DNA of 33,215 nucleotides, from positions 1 to 33,215 of the forward strand of contig JALDAH010000003.1 of assembly GCA_022729275.1 (NCBI GenBank), read 5' to 3'. Positions 26,245 to 33,215 of the stretch are shown piece by piece. The notes beneath the pieces are model-generated. The model was not told the origin of the DNA. It did no database searches and worked only from the letters and a program-made list of their open reading frames with translations. The position numbers and the translations under genes were made by a program. Source of the DNA: Candidatus Nanoanaerosalina archaeon. Its GTDB lineage: Archaea > Nanohalarchaeota > Nanosalinia > Nanosalinales > Nanoanaerosalinaceae. The first letter of the stretch is position 1. Each line of letters opens with the position of its first letter.

Positions 26245-27135
26245 TTAACTGAGAAGTCTCTCAACCATAACATCAGGGTCGAACTCTTCAAGATCTTCGT
26301 ATCCCTGACCTGTGCCAAGAAAAAGTATGGGTCTTCCAGTGAGGTATCCCAAACTAAGTGTGGCACCTCCTTTTTTGTCAACATCTACTTTGGTCACAAC
26401 TATACCATCGAAACCTATCTCCGTGTATTTCTTGGCCTGTTCGACAACATCGTTTCCGGATAATGCATCCACTACAAGTATCTTCAAATCCGGTGAATTG
26501 ACTCTGCACAACTTGTCAAGTTCTTCCATCAGGTTTTTATCTGAGTGACTTCTGCCTGCAGTGTCAGCAAGAACTATGTCGTATCCCTGCTTTTTAGCAT
26601 GTTCTTTTGCATCATATATTACCGCAGCACCATCAGAACCATAATCGTGTTTTATAACCTTTAAATCGAGGTTGTTACCGTGTTCTTCAAGCTGATCGAT
26701 GGCAGCCGACCTGTAAGTATCTCCTGCTGCCAGAAGCACTTTATTATTTTTTTTGAGCCTGTGAGCTATCTTGGCCAGTGTAGTGGTTTTTCCACTCCCA
26801 TTGAATCCCATGAAAAGAACAAGCCCTGGTTTTTTATCTGTAAAATCTTCTATACTGTATTCAGGAGTTTTTAATACTTTTCTGATGCTTTTCTTAAGAG
26901 AATTTTTTATTTCTTTTTCTACTTTTGTTCTTCCTACGGTTTTACCGATCAATTCGTCCTTGAGATCTTTTTTTATTTCGTCAACAACTTTCTGAGCCAC
27001 GTTGTTTTGCATGAGTTCGAGTTCAAGATTCCAAAGAACGTCTTCCAGAAGCTCTTCTTTTATCTCTTTCTCTACTACAGTCTCCTTTACTTTGTCAGAG
27101 AAGTCTTTTATGGAGCCCTTAAGTTTATCGAACAT
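26245..27135 (-). CDS. ftsY: Signal recognition particle receptor FtsY
   Basis: GFNGSGKTTT, DTYRSAA, DTAGR, TKVD, GTGQGYEDL. Confidence 0.97.
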   Translation of the reverse strand: MFDKLKGSIKDFSDKVKETVVEKEIKEELLEDVLWNLELELMQNNVAQKVVDEIKKDLKDELIGKTVGRTKVEKEIKNSLKKSIRKVLKTPEYSIEDFTDKKPGLVLFMGFNGSGKTTTLAKIAHRLKKNNKVLLAAGDTYRSAAIDQLEEHGNNLDLKVIKHDYGSDGAAVIYDAKEHAKKQGYDIVLADTAGRSHSDKNLMEELDKLCRVNSPDLKILVVDALSGNDVVEQAKKYTEIGFDGIVVTKVDVDKKGGATLSLGYLTGRPILFLGTGQGYEDLEEFDPDVMVERLLS

Positions 27136-27136
27136 A

Positions 27137-27559
27137 TTACTGTCCCTGGTTGTTCTGCCTCATTTTCTGTAGTTCAGGAACGAGTTTCTGTAGCTTATTC
27201 TGGTTTTCTTGGATAGTCTCGTTCACCTCTTTTCTCGCATTTTCAAGTTTTTTTCTCCTTTTCTCAAGAAGCTCTTTTGCCTTATCAGGGTTTTTGCTTG
27301 AATAAGCGTGCGATCCAAGATTTACTATGAGTTCATCTGTTTTTTCAAGCTCTGCTTTAATATATGCGCCTGAACCAAGAGGTACCAATATTTCATCGCC
27401 TTTTTCCTTCTTTTCAATCTCATCAACAGCGTTTTTAGTGGCTTTTAATTCCTCCACATTTTGTTCAAGTTCTTCAACGTACTGCTGAAGCTCCTGTTGC
27501 TGCTGCTGGAGGGCCTGATACTCCTGCATTTTCCTCTGCATCTCCTGTTTTTGACTCAT
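27137..27559 (-). CDS. pfdA: Prefoldin subunit alpha
   Basis: Coiled coils flanking ILVPLGSGAYI...VNLGS; conserved position before ftsY. Confidence 0.95.
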   Translation of the reverse strand: MSQKQEMQRKMQEYQALQQQQQELQQYVEELEQNVEELKATKNAVDEIEKKEKGDEILVPLGSGAYIKAELEKTDELIVNLGSHAYSSKNPDKAKELLEKRRKKLENARKEVNETIQENQNKLQKLVPELQKMRQNNQGQ

Positions 27560-27568
27560 TTTTATTAC

Positions 27569-27742
27569 CTATTTCTCCTCTATTTTTTCTATGTTTACCT
27601 TTGAACGGTTAATACCGTGTTTGCTACCGTATATGCTGTAGATAAGTTCTTTTGCATGTTTTTTGGACTCTGCTTCCACTTCTTTTTCGAACGGTAGTGT
27701 TTCTCTTCCCACTTCTGCTGTTCCTTTTATGATGTAATCCAT
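27569..27742 (-). CDS. rpl18a: 50S ribosomal protein L18Ae/LX (eL20; not in the ORF track)
   Basis: Hand-translated MDYIIKGTAEVGRETLPFEKEVEAESKKHAKELIYSIYGSKHGINRSKVNIEKIEEK; FxKEVxA...YSxxGSKH signature; SD GAGGTG. Confidence 0.93.
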   Translation of the reverse strand: MDYIIKGTAEVGRETLPFEKEVEAESKKHAKELIYSIYGSKHGINRSKVNIEKIEEK

Positions 27743-27854
27743 ATTTCACACCTCGCCTTTAAAATAAAGGCTTATGGAATTTTTAAATAGTTTGGATTTT
27801 TTCGCCTCGAAACTTTTTAATCAGTAAGTCAAGACATTTATTTCAGGTGTTTTT

Positions 27855-28415
27855 ATGGAGAGCATAACCCGTAGAGAAGCAATTGATAAAGTCAAACAAA
27901 ACGTCTCTGACGACAAACTGAGGAAACACATGTACGCTGTATCAGATATAATGACGATTGTGGCAGAAGAACTTGATAGAGATGTCAAACAGTGGTCATT
28001 GTCCGGTCTTCTTCATGATATAGATTATGAGAAGACACAAGAGGATTTCAAAAGACACGGTAAAATCTCTGCGGATATGGTTTCCGGAGAAGTTTCTGAA
28101 GAAATTTTGGAGGCTATAAGAGCTCATAATTTTGAGAACACAGGATTCGAACCTGAAAATGATATGGATTACGGTTTGATAGCTGCTGATGCTCTTTCAG
28201 GTCTTATAGTTGCTACGGCTCTTGTGATGCCTGACAGCTCTCTTGAAGAAGTCAGGGTCGAATCGGTGATGAAGAAGATAGGAGACAGTTCATTCGCAAA
28301 ATCGATAGACAGGGACAGGATAAAGATGTGTGAAGAACTTGGTTTGGAGCTCGAAAAATTTGTTGAGCTGGGTCTTGAGGCCATGAAGAAGGACTCGGAA
28401 AGGCTGGGACTCTAG
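27855..28415 (+). CDS. HD/HDIG-domain phosphohydrolase
   Basis: LRKH, GLLHDIDY, RHG, IRAHN, ADALSGL. Confidence 0.92.
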   Translation: MESITRREAIDKVKQNVSDDKLRKHMYAVSDIMTIVAEELDRDVKQWSLSGLLHDIDYEKTQEDFKRHGKISADMVSGEVSEEILEAIRAHNFENTGFEPENDMDYGLIAADALSGLIVATALVMPDSSLEEVRVESVMKKIGDSSFAKSIDRDRIKMCEELGLELEKFVELGLEAMKKDSERLGL

Positions 28416-28463
28416 GTTTTTGCTCCCACCTTTTTTTAAATATCGGTTTCTCTTTTCTTACTG

Positions 28464-28994
28464 ATGATAAAAGGAAGGCTTTTGCAGAACAGAGTGCGTG
28501 TTTGGGAAAACTTCGAAGACATCCATGAGGAATTATACTATGGAAAAGTGTTCGAGAATCACATGGATCTTTCTTTGTGTGAAGCGATGCACCTTGTGGA
28601 AAGAGACGAACTTGAAGTGTCGGACGGAGATGGTAAGATAAATATAGAAGACTTATTTGATAGTTTTTGTTCCCTTGACGAGGAATTTCAGCATAAATAC
28701 ATTGTTTATTCGGATTTGAGGGAGAGAGGTTATATTTTGAAGTCAGGTTTCAAATTCGGAGCTCATTTCAGAGTATATCCCAGAGGTGTTAACCCCTACA
28801 AGGACGGTCCCAAGTCCCAGAAGGAGCATACCAAATGGGTGGTGCATGCAGTTCCTGAAGATCATTCATTGACTTTTTCTGAGATGTCTAGGGCTGTTAG
28901 GCTTGCTCAGAATATCAGATCTACCATGCTCTGGGGTGTGGTGGATTCCGAGAAGGGTGTTACTTATTACAAGGTTGAGAGGATAACTCCCTGA
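28464..28994 (+). CDS. endA: tRNA-intron endonuclease
   Basis: LSLCEAMHL, VYSDLRERGY, GFKFGAHFRVY, EH, VTYY. Confidence 0.95.
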   Translation: MIKGRLLQNRVRVWENFEDIHEELYYGKVFENHMDLSLCEAMHLVERDELEVSDGDGKINIEDLFDSFCSLDEEFQHKYIVYSDLRERGYILKSGFKFGAHFRVYPRGVNPYKDGPKSQKEHTKWVVHAVPEDHSLTFSEMSRAVRLAQNIRSTMLWGVVDSEKGVTYYKVERITP

Positions 28995-29040
28995 TTTTTT
29001 TCCGACAAATATTTTATACAGAGCAAGGCAATCATTTAAC

Positions 29041-30270
29041 ATGGTTAAGAGGAAGGGTCAGACTGTAGGAGTTGATTTTGCTATAGCAATGTCAATTTTT
29101 GTGATAACCGTTGTGACAGGTATTTTCTACGCGGTGAATGTTTCCATACCTTCCAGTCCTTTCAGCGAACAGGTTAGGAGTTCAACATTAGAAGCTGGAA
29201 AAAGTTTTTACACCATGACTTCATGGGAGAAGTACATGTACACCGTTCAAACATCAGATGTTTTTGGTGTACAGGACTACCCTATAGAAATAGATTTCCG
29301 GACGAATTATCCTCTAGAGAATTTTTCAAGGATACTTGAGAACGGGGACAACATATCAGCAGATTTTTACAATGAGCTCAACCAGACGGTTTTCCTTGCA
29401 GATCTCTCCCAGGACTACGAACTGATTTACACAGAGGATAAGAACCTGGGCGATCAAGAAACAGAGGAAAAGATATTCTCCGATGATGATCACAATGTAT
29501 GGAACGATGTTGGTCTTGAGGCATCCGTTGGTGATGATGGCATCGAGAGCTACAATCTTTCTGATGATGCTCTGATAAATTATATGGATATAGATGGAGG
29601 TGGTAAACCAGATCTTTTTTCAGGAAATTTGAGGGAGTACTTCGAATATGGCGATTTATCTTTAAGGTTTTTTGGAGGTTCGAGTATAGTCAAGGTCCAT
29701 GGAAACGATGATGCGAATATCAATTTCTCTGATTCATATGAAGAAGCAGTTTTTGGCAATATCACGGGAGAGACAGAATCGGTGGATTTCTCAGGAGGAG
29801 AATCCTTTTCAGGTCACGCGGATTTTTTCAACCTCACGGGACAGGTTGAAAATTTTTACTTTTTGAGCGGATCCATGGATATAGAGGCATACGGATCCGG
29901 AGATAATATAATGATCGAAATCAACATGGGTTCAGATGATTCTCTGTTTTATGCGGGAGATTCCCAAGAATTTGAGGGTATGAAACAGGTTTTTTTCGAC
30001 CATTCTCATGAAAAACTGTCGGTTTCCAGGAAGTCGTCAACACTTTCTGATACTAAGATCAAAGAACTGGGAGAGATGGACTACGAGACATTCGGGCAGA
30101 GCCTTGGAATCGTGGAGATGGGATACAATATAACGGTTGAAGATGTTTTTTCGAAGGGAGGAAACATCCCATCAGGTCAAGACGTTTTTGTTCTCGAGTA
30201 CCCTGTTACCATAACCGATTCAAGGGGTAACCGCACCAATAAGTTTTTTAGGCTCGGTGTGTGGACCTGA
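29041..30270 (+). CDS. Class III (prepilin-type) signal peptide surface protein
   Basis: MVKRKG/QTVGVDFAIAMSIFVITVV; acidic beta-rich body. Confidence 0.75.
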   Translation: MVKRKGQTVGVDFAIAMSIFVITVVTGIFYAVNVSIPSSPFSEQVRSSTLEAGKSFYTMTSWEKYMYTVQTSDVFGVQDYPIEIDFRTNYPLENFSRILENGDNISADFYNELNQTVFLADLSQDYELIYTEDKNLGDQETEEKIFSDDDHNVWNDVGLEASVGDDGIESYNLSDDALINYMDIDGGGKPDLFSGNLREYFEYGDLSLRFFGGSSIVKVHGNDDANINFSDSYEEAVFGNITGETESVDFSGGESFSGHADFFNLTGQVENFYFLSGSMDIEAYGSGDNIMIEINMGSDDSLFYAGDSQEFEGMKQVFFDHSHEKLSVSRKSSTLSDTKIKELGEMDYETFGQSLGIVEMGYNITVEDVFSKGGNIPSGQDVFVLEYPVTITDSRGNRTNKFFRLGVWT

Positions 30271-30289
30271 AAGAAACAATCTCAAAACC

Positions 30290-30432
30290 TTTTTAAGTAT
30301 TGTTCTGTAAATCTTTAGGCAATGAAGGGTGGATATCTTACACTTCGGTTATCCAAGTAGTTCTTTTCCAAACAGTTTTCTCAATTTCTTTTCTGAAATA
30401 ATTCTAGAAGTGAAAGTTATGGAGGTTTTAAT
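30290..30432 (+). promoter_or_regulatory. thrS promoter and structured leader with a 12-codon uORF
   Basis: TTTTTAAG at 30290; ATG 30322 to TAG 30360; hairpin TGGATA/TATCCA; pyrimidine tract; SD GGAGG 30421. Confidence 0.45.
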
Positions 30433-32361
30433 ATGAACAATATCGAACTAGAGTTTCCTGATGGATCAAAAAACGAATTTAAACAAGGAATAACAGTAGA
30501 AGAAGTAGCTTACAGTATAGGTACAGGCCTTGGAGATGCTTGTATTGCTGGAAAGCTTGATGGAGAACTTGTTGCAAAGGAACAAGAGATATATTCTGAC
30601 GCTGTTATAGAGATAGTAACAGAGGATTCTGAAGACTACATAAAGGTTTTAAGACACACAGCATCCCACATATTAGCTCATGCTGTTCAGAAAGTTTTTG
30701 GAGATGTGAAACTTGGTATGGGCAAATGGGCGGACAATGAACGATTTTACTATGATTTTGGAGATCTTGACGTGGAAAAGAGCGATTTCGAGGCTATAAA
30801 GGATGAGATGATTTCTATAATCGAAAAAGACTTTGAAATTGAGAGAGTTGAAAAAAGCCTCGAAGAAGCAGAAGAGATACTGTCCGATCAGCCCTTTAAG
30901 ATGGAGCTTCTGAAAGAAATTGATTCAGAGGGTGGAGATATAACTTTTTACAAGCACGGCGATTTTATAGATCTTTGTAGGGGACCTCATGTCAAATCGA
31001 CAGGAGAAGTTAAATCATTCAAGCTTTTGGAAATCTCAGGAGCATACTGGAGAGGAGAAGAATCCAACGAGATGCATACAAGGATATATGGAACTGCTTT
31101 CACGAAAGAAAAAGAATTAGAAGAATTTCTGGAAAAGATGAGAAAAGCAAAGAAGAGAGATCATCGCAAGATTGGCAAGGAGATGGGAATATTTCAGATA
31201 AACGAGATCGCTGGTTCAGGACTTCCTCTCTTCGGTCCAAATGGAAAAAAAATAATCAACCAGTTGCAGTCGTACATGCACGAGATAAACGACAGGCTTG
31301 ATCACGTATCTGTACAGACTCCTCATGTTTACAGAACAGAACTTTGGAAGAAGTCAGGTCACTACGAAAACTACAGGGAGGACATGTTTTTGATGGATGT
31401 GGACGATGAAGAGTATGGTATGAAACCCATGAACTGTCCCGGGCACTGCCTTATCTACAAAAATCAGTCAAGAAGTTACAGAGATCTGCCTATACGTTAT
31501 GCTGAAGACGGAACAGTGTACCGTAGAGAACAGAAAGGAGAGCTCTCAGGCCTTTTCAGGCTTTGGGGATTCACACAGGATGATGCACATCTATTTGTAA
31601 GGCCTGATCAGATAAAAGAAGAGGTTTCAAACCTTTTAGAATCCGCAGTAGAAATCATGAAGACTATGGGAATGGATTTTTCCATTAAACTCGCAACCAA
31701 AAATCCTGATAGATACATGGGAAGTGATGAGATATGGGATAAATCAGAGAGTCTGTTGGAAGAAGTCCTAGAGGAAACTAAAGTTGAATGGGAATTAGAA
31801 CCTGAAGACGCTGCTTTTTACGGCCCGAAAATCGATTTTGCTATGATCGATGCACTTGGAAGAGAATGGGACGGACCAACAATCCAGCTTGATTTTAACA
31901 TGCCTGAAGCGTTTGATCTGAACTACAAGGGCGAGGACAACGAAGACCACAGATGTGTGATGATCCATAGAGCTCTATTGGGAAGCTATGACAGATTTCT
32001 AGGTGTGCTGATCGAACATTTTGGAGGAAACTTTCCTGCATGGCTGGCACCTGAACAGGTCAGGATTCTACCTGTCAGTGATGAATACATAGGTTATGCT
32101 GAGAAAGTGAAGGAGGAGATCTCAGGTTTCAGGGTAGAGATAGAGGAAAGGTCATGGACTTTAGGCAAGAAAATTCAGGCCTCTCATGACGACAGGGTTC
32201 CCTACATGCTTATAGTAGGGGATAATGAGAAGGGTTCTGGAACAGTTTCAGTTCGTGACAGAAATGAGAGAGAAGCTAGAGATGTTGAGATATCAGAGTT
32301 TATCGACCATCTAGAGGATGAAGTGGAAGAAAAATCGTTGGAGCTCAGTTTTTTGGACTGA
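30433..32361 (+). CDS. thrS: Threonine--tRNA ligase, bacterial type (TGS plus HxxxH editing domain)
   Basis: RHTASH, DLCRGPH, RDHRKIG, KPMNCPGH, FTQDDAH, AFYGPKID, HRALLGS. Confidence 0.97.
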   Translation: MNNIELEFPDGSKNEFKQGITVEEVAYSIGTGLGDACIAGKLDGELVAKEQEIYSDAVIEIVTEDSEDYIKVLRHTASHILAHAVQKVFGDVKLGMGKWADNERFYYDFGDLDVEKSDFEAIKDEMISIIEKDFEIERVEKSLEEAEEILSDQPFKMELLKEIDSEGGDITFYKHGDFIDLCRGPHVKSTGEVKSFKLLEISGAYWRGEESNEMHTRIYGTAFTKEKELEEFLEKMRKAKKRDHRKIGKEMGIFQINEIAGSGLPLFGPNGKKIINQLQSYMHEINDRLDHVSVQTPHVYRTELWKKSGHYENYREDMFLMDVDDEEYGMKPMNCPGHCLIYKNQSRSYRDLPIRYAEDGTVYRREQKGELSGLFRLWGFTQDDAHLFVRPDQIKEEVSNLLESAVEIMKTMGMDFSIKLATKNPDRYMGSDEIWDKSESLLEEVLEETKVEWELEPEDAAFYGPKIDFAMIDALGREWDGPTIQLDFNMPEAFDLNYKGEDNEDHRCVMIHRALLGSYDRFLGVLIEHFGGNFPAWLAPEQVRILPVSDEYIGYAEKVKEEISGFRVEIEERSWTLGKKIQASHDDRVPYMLIVGDNEKGSGTVSVRDRNEREARDVEISEFIDHLEDEVEEKSLELSFLD

Positions 32362-32440
32362 GCTATCCCAACATATATTCTCCCAGCGCTGATTAATTTT
32401 AAATACTGAACAAACAAACTTTTTTTTAGGTAGTACTAAA

Positions 32441-32677
32441 ATGTTAGGTCTAAAGATGCTGAAAGGTTATATAACACTAGCAGTAGCTATTCTGACCGTT
32501 GTGTTATTTGTAATCCTTTCTGGTATTGGAGAAAAGATTAGCATGGAGTATATTGTGCTTAATATACTTGTAATACTTCTCACAGGTGCTGTGCTTTTGA
32601 ATTCCATTATTCAAATACACATCTTCGAGGAGGCAGAAAAGCTTCGAAAGAAATTCGTTGATGAGAAAGAGGAATAA
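32441..32677 (+). CDS. Small two-TM membrane protein
   Basis: Two hydrophobic helices and a charged C-terminal tail. Confidence 0.65.
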   Translation: MLGLKMLKGYITLAVAILTVVLFVILSGIGEKISMEYIVLNILVILLTGAVLLNSIIQIHIFEEAEKLRKKFVDEKEE

Positions 32678-32704
32678 TCTCCCTTCTCTTCTATTTTTTT
32701 ATTT

Positions 32705-33214
32705 TTAATCTACAACAGTTGGAGAGGTCTTTTCATACTCTTTTATCTTTTCTTCCATCTCTTTCACCGTCTCACGGTTATCTTTTAGTTCTTCTGTTAA
32801 TTCTTCAAGCCTCTGTGTTAACTGTACTAGTTTATCCTCATTGTTTATTGTTTTATGGGTGTTCTCAGACAACTTTTCCGTAGTTCTCTCCATCTGTTCC
32901 TCTATATTTTCAACTTCTGTTGTTGCTTTTGAGGTCTTTTCAAGAACGTTTTTCTCTATATCTTCTATCCTGTTATCAAGCTGCTCTATCTTTTTTATCC
33001 TTGCTTCTTCCTTATCCTTGACCACATCTTCTCTATCCATCAGTTTGTCGTACATATCTCTGATATCTTCTAGATGGTTGTTGATTTTGTCTTTTAGGTC
33101 TTTTTTAGCTTTTTCTACATCTTTGACCTGTTTTTCGTATTTAGTTCTGGTATCTTTTAGTTGGTTGTTGATTTTGTCTTTTAGGTCTTTTTTAGCTTTT
33201 TCTACATCTTTGAC
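32705..33214 (-). CDS. C-terminal part of a long coiled-coil protein (5' end beyond the window)
   Basis: Frame is open from the window edge through ATG 33055 to stop 32705; K/E-rich heptads; ends SPTVVD. Confidence 0.8.
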   Translation of the reverse strand, partial: VKDVEKAKKDLKDKINNQLKDTRTKYEKQVKDVEKAKKDLKDKINNHLEDIRDMYDKLMDREDVVKDKEEARIKKIEQLDNRIEDIEKNVLEKTSKATTEVENIEEQMERTTEKLSENTHKTINNEDKLVQLTQRLEELTEELKDNRETVKEMEEKIKEYEKTSPTVVD

Positions 33215-33215
33215 C
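33075..33215. repeat. 87-bp-period tandem repeat (29 aa), truncated by the window end
   Basis: 33075-33128 is identical to 33162-33215; encodes VKDVEKAKKDLKDKINNQLKDTRTKYEKQ on the minus strand. Confidence 0.9.

Noticed and set aside
33075-33215. Repeat-spacer-repeat appearance (54-bp repeat, 33-bp gap) resembling a CRISPR array
   Set aside because: The period is a multiple of 3 and in frame within a coiled-coil ORF, similarity continues into the gap, and there are no cas genes

Overview
AT-rich, very tightly packed archaeal chromosomal segment. It is most consistent with a reduced DPANN-type genome (Aenigmarchaeota/Nanohaloarchaeota-like; this is inference from gene content, fairly acidic proteins and fragmented operons). 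The window is mostly housekeeping. Translation genes are gltX, metG, valS, a bacterial-type thrS, aRF1, rps2, rpl7ae-rps28e-rpl24e and rpl18a-pfdA-ftsY. RNA-processing genes are RNase J, the tRNA splicing endonuclease EndA and an intron-containing tRNA-Glu(TTC). DNA-repair genes are NucS/EndoMS, an Lhr helicase and TatD. There are also nucleotide house-cleaning hydrolases and several orphan secreted or membrane proteins. No CRISPR array, integrase or transposase was seen. The most notable signals are non-coding or residue-level. (1) An identical palindromic box, TATAACA-C-TGTTATA, lies just upstream of near-identical TATA elements of the two DNA-repair genes nucS and lhr, a candidate DNA-damage regulon operator. 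(2) A 78-nt tRNA-Glu intron has box C/D-like elements whose D+5 position falls on the wobble U34. (3) EndA lacks the canonical catalytic Lys but has a Lys-rich loop insertion. (4) A K-turn covers the rpl7ae Shine-Dalgarno. (5) A structured uORF-containing thrS leader shares a motif with the valS upstream region. (6) A MEMO1 homologue that has lost its metal ligands sits in an rps2-rnj-gltX operon lacking the usual isoprenoid genes.
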